From: Dehalococcoidia bacterium
GTDB taxonomy: Bacteria; Chloroflexota; Dehalococcoidia; UBA6926
Length of the DNA stretch: 64,000 nucleotides
NCBI GenBank assembly: GCA_963666115.2
Contig: CAXXET010000004.1
Location: 472,712-536,711 of the forward strand
Reading direction: 5' to 3'
The translations under genes were made by a program, and so were the position numbers. Positions 10,498 to 18,385 of this stretch are shown piece after piece (the stretch's first letter is position 1; every line of letters starts with the position of its first letter). The notes below the pieces were generated by a model that was not told the DNA's origin, searched no databases, and worked only from the letters and a program-made list of their open reading frames with translations.

Positions 10498-11354
10498 ACA
10501 GTCAGCGGGCAATAGCCCGGCAAGCGATGGCAGCCGCTCTTCGTACCCGGCTTTCTGCCGGCTACGGCCTCGACCATGCCGTCTGCATTTACGATGTCGC
10601 CGAGAAGCTCGGCGTTGGCGTTCGTTTTCTTGACCTCCCCAGCATGGAGGGCATGTATTTGTCTAACCCAGTTCCGACTATCTTCGTCTCGTCATTGCGC
10701 CCAGCAGGCCGCCAAACATTTACTTGCGCCCACGAACTGGGGCACCACAGCCGGAGCGATGGAGCAGAGATTGATGAGCTAATCGATCAACAGGACAGAA
10801 CCAGTCGAAACCCCAGGGAATTCGCTGCGGACTGCTATGCAGGCGCGCTTCTAATGCCAAAGATGGCCGTTTCCAAGGCGTTTGCGGTCCGAGGATGGGC
10901 CATGGAGGAGTGCACTCCTGAACAAGCCTACATGGTCGCAAGCTACTTCGGCGTAGGATACGCAACGCTGGTACACCACATGAGAAGCGCACTCCATCTT
11001 CTACCAGATACAAGGGCGCAGGCGCTGCTGAAGATGAATCCTCGCAAGGCACAGGCCCTTTTCTTGGGATGGCAGACTCCGGACACGGTTATAGCGGTGG
11101 ACGCGCACTGGATTGGAAGACCCATCGATGCGGAAGTGGGCGACCTCATATTTGTCGAAGGCGGAGCGGAGGTGGATGGCACCTGCATTGAACTGTCTTC
11201 AGACGTGGCCCACGGGCGCGTCTTCCGCGCAACCAAGCCTGGAATTGGGCGCCTGGAATGTGGTGCCGCTTGGTCCGCATTCGTGCGAGTCTCCCGACGC
11301 GCCTATGTTGGGCGGGCTCTGTACCGGCACTGGGAAGAGGTAGAGGATGAATAG
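10494..11354 (+). CDS. ImmA/IrrE-family Zn metallopeptidase
   Basis: FTCAHELGH (HExxH) and EFAADCYAGALLMP. Confidence 0.9.
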   Translation: MNSQRAIARQAMAAALRTRLSAGYGLDHAVCIYDVAEKLGVGVRFLDLPSMEGMYLSNPVPTIFVSSLRPAGRQTFTCAHELGHHSRSDGAEIDELIDQQDRTSRNPREFAADCYAGALLMPKMAVSKAFAVRGWAMEECTPEQAYMVASYFGVGYATLVHHMRSALHLLPDTRAQALLKMNPRKAQALFLGWQTPDTVIAVDAHWIGRPIDAEVGDLIFVEGGAEVDGTCIELSSDVAHGRVFRATKPGIGRLECGAAWSAFVRVSRRAYVGRALYRHWEEVEDE

Positions 11355-12120
11355 GCCCCTTATGATAGAAGAAGACAATCTGTCAGTTGCTTGGGCGAAG
11401 GCACTTCTCGGGGTAGTGAAGGAGAACGAACTTTCGCCCCTTACGGTAGTCATCCGGGGATTCGACGGTGGAAGGCCCCCGGAAGTGGAAGCGATACGCC
11501 AGCTCCTTGATGGTGCGCTTGCTGCGGATGCAAAGGGACTATCTTGTAATGAGGTCGCCAACACTTTGTTCCCTGACTCGCTCTGGAACCCACGCGCCGA
11601 CCGTCAGCAACTCTACGAGAGGTACCGACGGATCATGCCGCGTGTGCTGAAGAACCGTCGCAACAGGTATGGGGTCTATTTCCAGCGCCTTATGTCCTAT
11701 GGCCAAGACTCCGCCTACGAGGGCGGCATAAACCAATTGGAGCAGATCATCCAAACGTGGCATGCCGGCAATCACCGCAGATCCGCATTGCAGGCAGCGA
11801 TTTTTGACCCCAGGAAGGACAACATCAATCAGCCTAGGAGAGGCTTTCCCTGCCTGCAACAGGTCGCATTTGCACAGGAAGGTTCCGACGGACTGATGGT
11901 CACAGGATTCTATGCCACGCAGTTCATCTTTGAACGGGCGTACGGAAACTATCTGGGGTTGTACCGCCTCGGCCGTTTCATGGCCCAAGAAATGGGCAGG
12001 AAACTTAGCGGGGTGGTTTGCGTGGCCAGTCCAGCAAAACGCGACAGGACTAAAGGTTATCTTGGGGAAGTGGCACGTGGTGTCGAGGGAATCTTGAAGG
12101 ACTTGCGGGAGGACAGGTGA
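11347..12120 (+). CDS. Divergent thymidylate synthase-like protein
   Basis: YFQRL...INQLEQII, FPCLQQV (catalytic PC), AYGNYLGL; canonical RSxD not visible. Confidence 0.65.
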   Translation: MNRPLMIEEDNLSVAWAKALLGVVKENELSPLTVVIRGFDGGRPPEVEAIRQLLDGALAADAKGLSCNEVANTLFPDSLWNPRADRQQLYERYRRIMPRVLKNRRNRYGVYFQRLMSYGQDSAYEGGINQLEQIIQTWHAGNHRRSALQAAIFDPRKDNINQPRRGFPCLQQVAFAQEGSDGLMVTGFYATQFIFERAYGNYLGLYRLGRFMAQEMGRKLSGVVCVASPAKRDRTKGYLGEVARGVEGILKDLREDR

Positions 12121-13814
12121 CAGAGCAAGAAGCTCTGGGTAGGCTCATCGTCTTTGAGGGGCCGGATGGCGTGGGCAAGAGCACCCTAGCGCAACAACTC
12201 ACGAACCGCCTGGGTGAGGCGGGCGTTCCTTGTAGATACTGGGCGTTTCCTGGGAGGCAGTACGGCTCTCTGGGCCGTCTGGTGTATGACCTGCACCACG
12301 ACCCTCCGAGCCTTGGCCTCAGCAAAGTCAATGAAACTAGTCTTCAAGTCCTGCACATTGCAGCCCATGTGGACGCGGTAGAAAGAGAGATACTGCCCGC
12401 CCTTCATGCAGGGACATGGGTAGTCCTGGATCGGTTCTGGTGGTCCACTTGGGTCTATGGTGCAGCGTACGGAGTCCCGGAGCAATCTTTGCAGGCGATG
12501 ATCCACCTAGAGGAACTCCATTGGGGATCATTCAAGCCGGACGTGGTGTTTTTGGTTGAGCGCGAGCATGGAATCCCGGATGATGGCGGGAAACAACACA
12601 GTCAGATATTGGACGGCTATCGTCAACTTGCGAGTCGTGAACGACTTCGCTCGCGCGTGGAAACGCTCCGCAATGATTCTTCAGTCGAGGACGCATTAGA
12701 CGCCGCGTGGAAAACGATAGCGACTGTCGATCAAGGCTTCAGACAGAAAACGGCCGTCGCTGCCGACGCGGAGGAGGCCCTTCAAGCCGAACTGCCTGAC
12801 GACAAACGCCGATGGTCGCGAGGTGTGTCGCACCTGTCGCCAGCCAAGCCCACTGCCGTATATGACACGTATTGGCGCTTCGCTGCCGAGCGGCAAGAGG
12901 TCTTCTTCCGCAGACTTGATGGTTCTCCACCTCCCTGGACTAATGACTCCATATTGGCTCGCTTCAAATTCACGAACGCCTACCGCGCCTCCGACAGGGT
13001 TAGCCAGTACCTCATCCGCGACGTCATCTACGCAGGGGCACAGGGCGTTGAGGAGGTTTTCTTCCGAACGTTACTGTTCAAGATGTTCAACAGGATTGAG
13101 ACATGGGAGCTTCTCACGGCTGCCCTTGGCGAGGTCGAATATTCATCGTATTCGTTCGGCGCGTACGATAAGGTTCTCTCCAATGCGCTCACTAATGGTC
13201 GAACCATCTACTCCGCAGCCTACATCATGCCTTCAGTGGGCCGCGTCTTCGGTTATTCCCGAAAGCACCGTAATCATCTCAAGCTTTTGGAGAGGATGAT
13301 GGAGGATGGGCTCCCGCACAGGATCGCAAAGGCACTCACCATGCGGGACGCCTTCGAAATGCTGCGGTCCTATCCCTCCATCGGAGATTTCCTCGCCTAT
13401 CAGTTCGTAACCGACCTGAACTACAGTGAGATTACCGACTTCTCAGAGATGGAGTTCGTTGTGCCAGGCCCAGGTGCCCTTGACGGCATCCGCAAATGCT
13501 TCGCTGACCTCGGCGGTTTGACCGAGGCAGACATTATCAGGGTCGTCACTGAACGCCAGGAGGAAGAGTTCGAGCGACTTGGCTTGCGGTTCCGTGACCT
13601 TTGGGGAAGGAGACTTCAGCTCATTGACTGCCAGAACCTCTTTTGTGAGGTCTCGAAGTATGCCCGTGTCAAGCACCCTGCCTCCAGGGGGGTTGGCAAT
13701 CGTTCGCGCATAAAGCAAATTTATCGTCCTACAGCGGAGCCGGTCGAATATTGGTACCCACCTAAGTGGGGCATCAACAGCTTAATGCCTTCTCAAGGAG
13801 CCACTGATGTTTAG
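12117..13814 (+). CDS. dTMP-kinase-like domain fused to an aGPT-Pplase1/5-hmdU DNA kinase helical-like (base hypermodification) domain
   Basis: N-term FEGPDGVGKST and LDRFWWS; C-term YWRFAAERQ...PPWTNDSIL..FKFTNAYRASDRVS, IGDFLAYQFVTDL, GPGALDGI, CQNLFCEVSKY. Confidence 0.8.
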   Translation: MTEQEALGRLIVFEGPDGVGKSTLAQQLTNRLGEAGVPCRYWAFPGRQYGSLGRLVYDLHHDPPSLGLSKVNETSLQVLHIAAHVDAVEREILPALHAGTWVVLDRFWWSTWVYGAAYGVPEQSLQAMIHLEELHWGSFKPDVVFLVEREHGIPDDGGKQHSQILDGYRQLASRERLRSRVETLRNDSSVEDALDAAWKTIATVDQGFRQKTAVAADAEEALQAELPDDKRRWSRGVSHLSPAKPTAVYDTYWRFAAERQEVFFRRLDGSPPPWTNDSILARFKFTNAYRASDRVSQYLIRDVIYAGAQGVEEVFFRTLLFKMFNRIETWELLTAALGEVEYSSYSFGAYDKVLSNALTNGRTIYSAAYIMPSVGRVFGYSRKHRNHLKLLERMMEDGLPHRIAKALTMRDAFEMLRSYPSIGDFLAYQFVTDLNYSEITDFSEMEFVVPGPGALDGIRKCFADLGGLTEADIIRVVTERQEEEFERLGLRFRDLWGRRLQLIDCQNLFCEVSKYARVKHPASRGVGNRSRIKQIYRPTAEPVEYWYPPKWGINSLMPSQGATDV

Positions 13815-14814
13815 CTTGTTTGAGGGACAAACGGCAGATCATGTCTGGCAGCAAGTTGTGGAGGCATTCCGGGCGGATGAAGGTGTATTCGCGCAGCCGA
13901 GCAAGGGCGGAGCAACCAGAGAGATGCTACACGCGACCATCACGATAAGTGACCCGCGGCAGCGATGGGTTATATCTCGACAGCCTCCACTGAACATCGC
14001 CTTCGCCCTCGCCGAGGTCGTCTGGATCATGACTGGTCGTAACGACCTAGCTTTCTTGGAGCCATGGAACAGCAGACTTCCCGACTATGTGGGAACGGGG
14101 CCTGCACTACATGGGGCGTATGGGTACCGGCTCCGCCACCATTTCGGCGTCGATCAACTTGAGAGAGCATATCAGGCACTGAGAGGTAACCCAGATTCGC
14201 GGCAGGTGGCACTGCAAATCTGGGATTCGTCGATTGACTTGCCGCATTCTGACGGAGCGCCTACTGACAAGGACATTCCCTGCAACGTACTTTCGCTTTT
14301 GAAGGTACGGGAAGAAAGGCTCGAGTGGCTTCAGGTAATCAGAAGCAACGATCTATTCCGCGGAGCTCCGTACAACTTTGTCCAGTTCACTTCTCTCCAA
14401 GAGATCATGGCCGGATGGCTCGGAATCGACTGTGGTGCCTACCACCAAGTGAGCGACAGTCTCCACATTTACGACCATGACGAGGAGAGCGTGCTCACTT
14501 CGGCGCCGGTACCGGATCTGCCCTCAAGTACGGATTCGCTTGCTTTGCCAAGGGAGGTGTCGGAGGCCGCATTTGGGAACCTGGCCAACCGGATCGAACT
14601 CATGATTGCGCCTAATCTCACACACGCTGCCCTGGAGCGAATCATGCTCTGGGATGAAGGAGCGGAATCGTACAGGAATATGTTGGCTGTTCTTGTCAGC
14701 GAAGCGGCTCGCAGGCACAAATGGTGGGACATTTGCGATAAGGCAATGACGACCTGCACTAACCCCCTGTACTACGAGTTGTGGCGTCGATGGCTGGACA
14801 GGTTCAGCGTATAA
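13807..14814 (+). CDS. Thymidylate synthase family protein (putative dUMP hydroxymethylase/methylase)
   Basis: GAYGYRL, DIPCN, RSNDLFRGAPYN (Asn at the dUMP-specificity position), SLHIY. Confidence 0.85.
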   Translation: MFSLFEGQTADHVWQQVVEAFRADEGVFAQPSKGGATREMLHATITISDPRQRWVISRQPPLNIAFALAEVVWIMTGRNDLAFLEPWNSRLPDYVGTGPALHGAYGYRLRHHFGVDQLERAYQALRGNPDSRQVALQIWDSSIDLPHSDGAPTDKDIPCNVLSLLKVREERLEWLQVIRSNDLFRGAPYNFVQFTSLQEIMAGWLGIDCGAYHQVSDSLHIYDHDEESVLTSAPVPDLPSSTDSLALPREVSEAAFGNLANRIELMIAPNLTHAALERIMLWDEGAESYRNMLAVLVSEAARRHKWWDICDKAMTTCTNPLYYELWRRWLDRFSV

Positions 14815-14936
14815 TTGCGGCCGGCTGAGCCAGATGAGGATGCTCTCAGATGGGGAGCACCAACTTGAACCCGCCCCGAACGAGCGAGTTTGTCGTACAG
14901 ACGGTACCTTGGCGGAACCGGACGATTCGAACCCAT

Positions 14937-15140
14937 TCACGCCCGCCTGTTCCGTTCCGCTGCCGCCTCAATTGCCTCACGGTATGGGCCTTCGCGCCTG
15001 AAGTGGCCGTCTCTACCATAGACGTTGGAGCCATTTACTACTTGGACAGGAGCGGTGCGTGTCCGCCCGTCTGCCTCCACAATCGTTAGCTCCCATTCTC
15101 CACGACGATTGATCGTGAATTCTCTCCTTGTTCCTGGCAT
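14937..15140 (-). CDS. Small hypothetical protein (67 aa)
   Basis: MPGTRREFTINRRGEWELTIVE...; GAGGGGG RBS upstream of ATG 15140. Confidence 0.5.
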   Translation of the reverse strand: MPGTRREFTINRRGEWELTIVEADGRTRTAPVQVVNGSNVYGRDGHFRREGPYREAIEAAAERNRRA

Positions 15141-15200
15141 CTTTGCGCCCCCCTCATCCATGTGTGCTTGCATTGTACGCGCCTTGTGACGAGCGGGTGC

Positions 15201-15230
15201 GCTGGATTCCTGCTTTCGCAGGAATGACGG
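15201..15230. repeat. Short palindromic repeat (ATTCC-N10-GGAATGAC family), copy 1
   Basis: GCTGGATTCCTGCTTTCGCAGGAATGACGG, identical to 17548-17577. Confidence 0.85.
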
Positions 15231-15348
15231 CGGGTTGGTCATTTCCGGGCGCGGGAGCGTCGGGGCTGTTTGGCGGTTTCGTGGCGGGCGGCGCCTGTAG
15301 AGTACAATGTCGCATACGGTTGTCCGGCGCTTGAGGGGAGGACGTTCG

Positions 15349-16425
15349 ATGAAAGCTCGTTTTCTGCTGCTTGGCGCGTTTGCCCTTGCGCTGTTGGTGT
15401 TGGCGGGCTGCGGCGGGGACGGCGATTCTGCGGATACTGCCCCGGCTGATTCGCCGGAGCCTGCGGGGACCGTGGACTCCGGCACCGTTGTGGCGGAAGC
15501 CGCGACCGCCGTGGTGGAGGCCATCGCAACCCGCGACGCGGGATCATGGGAGGATGAGCGGGCAGAGGCGCAGGTGGCCTTCGTGTCCGTCAGCGCAGGA
15601 TTGGATCACGCCTGCGCCCTGTTGATTGACGGCCTAATCATGTGTTGGGGTTCCGGAACAGGCCGGGTTGCGCCGCCGGAGGGGATATTCGCGTCCGTAA
15701 TCTCCGGGCGCCTACACTCCTGCGGGCTGAGGCCGGACGGCTCGGCGGAGTGCTGGGGCAGAGACATCGAAGGCCAGGCCGCGCCGCCGGAGGGGGAGTT
15801 CACCGCCCTCAGCGGCGGCAATTTTCACACCTGCGGACTGAGGCCGGACGGCTCAGTCGAATGCTGGGGCAAGGACGATTTCGGCCAGGCGTCGCCGCCA
15901 GAGGGGGAGTTCACCGCCGTCAGCGCCGGAGAGGATCACACCTGCGGACTGAGGCCGGACGGCCTGGTAGAGTGCTGGGGCAAGAACGAGTCCGGCCAGG
16001 CGTCGCCGCCGGAGGGGGAATTCGTCTCCGTCAGCGGAGGCCAGTTTCACACCTGCGGGCAGAGGCCGGACGGCTCAGCAGAGTGCTGGGGTGGGAACGA
16101 CTGGGACCTGGCCGCGCCGCCGGATGGGGAGTTCACCGCCGTCAGCGCAACATGCGGGCTGAGGTCGGACGGCTCGTTGGAGTGCTGGGGCTATAAAGAC
16201 TTCACCCGTGTGTGGACGGGGGAATTCGCCGCCATGGCCTCCGGATTGTACCAAGCGTGCAGCGTGAACACGGACGGCTCCGTGATCTGCTGGCCGACCG
16301 GGTTCTCGATAAATCCTCCCCGGGAGTTCACTTCCGACATCACCGGGGTTCATTACACCTGCTGGGGGGTCCTTGAGGGTGAGGGCTACACAAACACCTG
16401 TCAGGGCAAGGAGGACGTTCGATGA
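15349..16425 (+). CDS. RCC1/BLIP-II-like repeat beta-propeller lipoprotein
   Basis: Lipobox LAGC; repeated HTCGLRPDGSVECWG...GQASPPEGEFTAVSAG. Confidence 0.88.
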   Translation: MKARFLLLGAFALALLVLAGCGGDGDSADTAPADSPEPAGTVDSGTVVAEAATAVVEAIATRDAGSWEDERAEAQVAFVSVSAGLDHACALLIDGLIMCWGSGTGRVAPPEGIFASVISGRLHSCGLRPDGSAECWGRDIEGQAAPPEGEFTALSGGNFHTCGLRPDGSVECWGKDDFGQASPPEGEFTAVSAGEDHTCGLRPDGLVECWGKNESGQASPPEGEFVSVSGGQFHTCGQRPDGSAECWGGNDWDLAAPPDGEFTAVSATCGLRSDGSLECWGYKDFTRVWTGEFAAMASGLYQACSVNTDGSVICWPTGFSINPPREFTSDITGVHYTCWGVLEGEGYTNTCQGKEDVR

Positions 16426-17528
16426 AGACTCTCTTTCTCTCGATTGGCGCGTTTGCCCTTGCGCTGTTGCTGGCGGCGGGGTGCGGCGGCGGGGGCGATT
16501 CTGCGGATTCCGCGCCGGCGGATCAGCCGCAGCCTGCGGGGACCGTGGACTCCGGCACCGTTGTGGCGGAAGCCGCGACGGCCGTGGTGGAGGCCATCGC
16601 AACCCGCGACGCGGGATCATGGGAGGATGAGCGGGCAGAGGCGCAGGTGGCCTTCATGTCCGTCAGCGCCGGGTACCGAAATACGTGCGGCCTGTTGAGC
16701 GGCGGCATCGTTGTCTGCTGGGGCTTCACCGATGAGGTCGTGGATGATCGACCGGACGTGGAGTTCACGTCCGTGAGCGCCGGAGGTACTCACGCCTGCG
16801 GGCTGACGCCGGACGGCTCGGCACAGTGCTGGGGCAAAGACCACGCAGGTCAGGCGACACCGCCCGACGGGGAGTTCACGACCATCAGCGCCGGGTCCCA
16901 CCACACGTGTGGAGTGAGGCCCGACGGCTCGGTTGAGTGCTGGGGCGCGAACGAACTCGGCCAGGCCACGCCGCCGGAGGGAACATTCACGTCCGTCAGC
17001 GGCGGGTGGGAACACACCTGTGGGCTGAGAACGGACGGCTCAGTCGACTGCTGGGGGTCGAACGAGTGGGAAGGTCAGGCTACGCCGCCGGACGGAACGT
17101 TTGACGTGGTCAGCGCCGGGATGTTCCATTCCTGCGGGGTGAAGACGGATGGCGCAGTGGCCTGCTGGGGCCTTGACGAATACGCCCAAGCGTCACCGCC
17201 GGAGGGGGATTTCTCATACGTCGGCGCGGGGCGGGAACACACCTGCGGGGTGAGGACGGACGGCTCTATTGCCTGCTGGGGCGAACACCGCCGGGGCGAG
17301 ACATGGGGGCCGGAGGAGGAGTTGACGGCCATCGAGACGGGGGAGAAGCACTCCTGCGGCCTGACAGATGATGGCGCCGTGACCTGCTGGGGGAACACCA
17401 CAGGCGTGGGCGCGATGCAACAAACCCAGGAGTTCACATCCGCCGTCACCGGGATAGGCTACACGTGCGGGCTGAAGGAGTATGGCGCGTATACGACCGC
17501 TTGTTATGAGTCGGACGACGGGGGCTAG
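16422..17528 (+). CDS. RCC1/BLIP-II-like repeat beta-propeller lipoprotein (tandem paralog)
   Basis: Lipobox AAGC; same repeats; N-terminus nearly identical to the upstream paralog. Confidence 0.88.
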   Translation: MKTLFLSIGAFALALLLAAGCGGGGDSADSAPADQPQPAGTVDSGTVVAEAATAVVEAIATRDAGSWEDERAEAQVAFMSVSAGYRNTCGLLSGGIVVCWGFTDEVVDDRPDVEFTSVSAGGTHACGLTPDGSAQCWGKDHAGQATPPDGEFTTISAGSHHTCGVRPDGSVECWGANELGQATPPEGTFTSVSGGWEHTCGLRTDGSVDCWGSNEWEGQATPPDGTFDVVSAGMFHSCGVKTDGAVACWGLDEYAQASPPEGDFSYVGAGREHTCGVRTDGSIACWGEHRRGETWGPEEELTAIETGEKHSCGLTDDGAVTCWGNTTGVGAMQQTQEFTSAVTGIGYTCGLKEYGAYTTACYESDDGG

Positions 17529-17547
17529 GGTAAGCGGGTTCCCGCCT

Positions 17548-17577
17548 GCTGGATTCCTGCTTTCGCAGGAATGACGG
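17548..17577. repeat. Short palindromic repeat, copy 2
   Basis: Identical 30-mer to 15201-15230, same orientation. Confidence 0.85.
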
Positions 17578-17586
17578 AGGCGGTTT

Positions 17587-17662
17587 TGGTGGAGCCGAGG
17601 GGATTCGAACCCCTGACCTCCTGCTTGCAAAGCAGGCGCTCTCCCGACTGAGCTACGACCCC
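17587..17662 (-). tRNA. tRNA-Ala(UGC)
   Basis: GGGGTCGTAGCTCAG...CCTGC-TTTGCAA-GCAGG...GGTTCGAATCCCCTCGGCTCCACCA, 76 nt. Confidence 0.97.
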
Positions 17663-17686
17663 ACGATTGAGCGGCGGGCGTCTCTT

Positions 17687-17821
17687 CTATCCCGCCGATG
17701 CGCCGGCGATGGCGAGGGTGATGATCGCCCCGGATACGCAGACGGCCGCCGCCAGGATGCTCAGTTCAAGCAGGCCGAACCCACGCCGGCGCTTTCTTTC
17801 GCCCCCACGATCCTCGTCCAT
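17687..17821 (-). CDS. 44-aa membrane peptide with a prepilin-like G|FxxxE motif
   Basis: MDEDRGGERKRRRG-FGLLELSILAAAVCVSGAIITLAIAGASAG; GAGGTG RBS. Confidence 0.55.
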   Translation of the reverse strand: MDEDRGGERKRRRGFGLLELSILAAAVCVSGAIITLAIAGASAG

Positions 17822-17890
17822 GCTCTCACCTCGCTTTGTTCCCGCGCCGCCCCTCTATTATGCCTTGTGAGCGAATGCGCGGATGCGGAC

Positions 17891-18385
17891 CTAACCGGCG
17901 GAGTCGGGGTCTGACGAGCCGACGTCTTCGCGGCCCGATGCGCCGCCGAGGGCTTTTTGAAGGGTGTCCCACGCGAGGACGGCGCACTTGACGCGGGCCG
18001 GATAGCGGGACGTGCCCTGCAGGGACATCAGGTCGCCCATCGCAGCCTCATCAACCTCTTCGCCAAGGATCATGGCGCGGAAGCCGCTGGCAAGCGCGTT
18101 CGCGTCCTCAATGGAACGCCCCCGCATGGCCTCCGTCATCATCGACGCGGACGACTGGGAGATGGAGCAGCCCTGCCCCACAAAGCCGATGTCCTCGATC
18201 GCGCCATCCTTGATGCGGGCGGTCAGGCGAACCTCATCCCCGCACACCGGGTTGAACTGCGTCAGGTCAGCGTCCGGGGATTCCAGCACGCGGTTGTTTC
18301 GAGGCAGCCGGTAGTGGTCCAGGATCAGCTCCCGGTACAGATCGTCGAAATACGGCTCGGGCTCACTGCCTGCCAAAGAGTTCAC
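17891..18385 (-). CDS. sufU: SUF system NifU-like protein
   Basis: LYRELILDHY, NPVCGD, GCSISQSSAS, RVKCA; start approximate. Confidence 0.92.
   Translation of the reverse strand: MNSLAGSEPEPYFDDLYRELILDHYRLPRNNRVLESPDADLTQFNPVCGDEVRLTARIKDGAIEDIGFVGQGCSISQSSASMMTEAMRGRSIEDANALASGFRAMILGEEVDEAAMGDLMSLQGTSRYPARVKCAVLAWDTLQKALGGASGREDVGSSDPDSAG

Noticed and set aside
15700-17400. Regularly spaced repeats suggesting a CRISPR array
   Set aside because: They are in-frame coding repeats of RCC1-like propeller blades with no unique spacers; no cas genes in the window
9734-17586. Prophage or integrative element anchored at tRNA-Ala(UGC)
   Set aside because: No integrase, structural or replication genes, and no duplicated tRNA-Ala 3' end found at the left boundary
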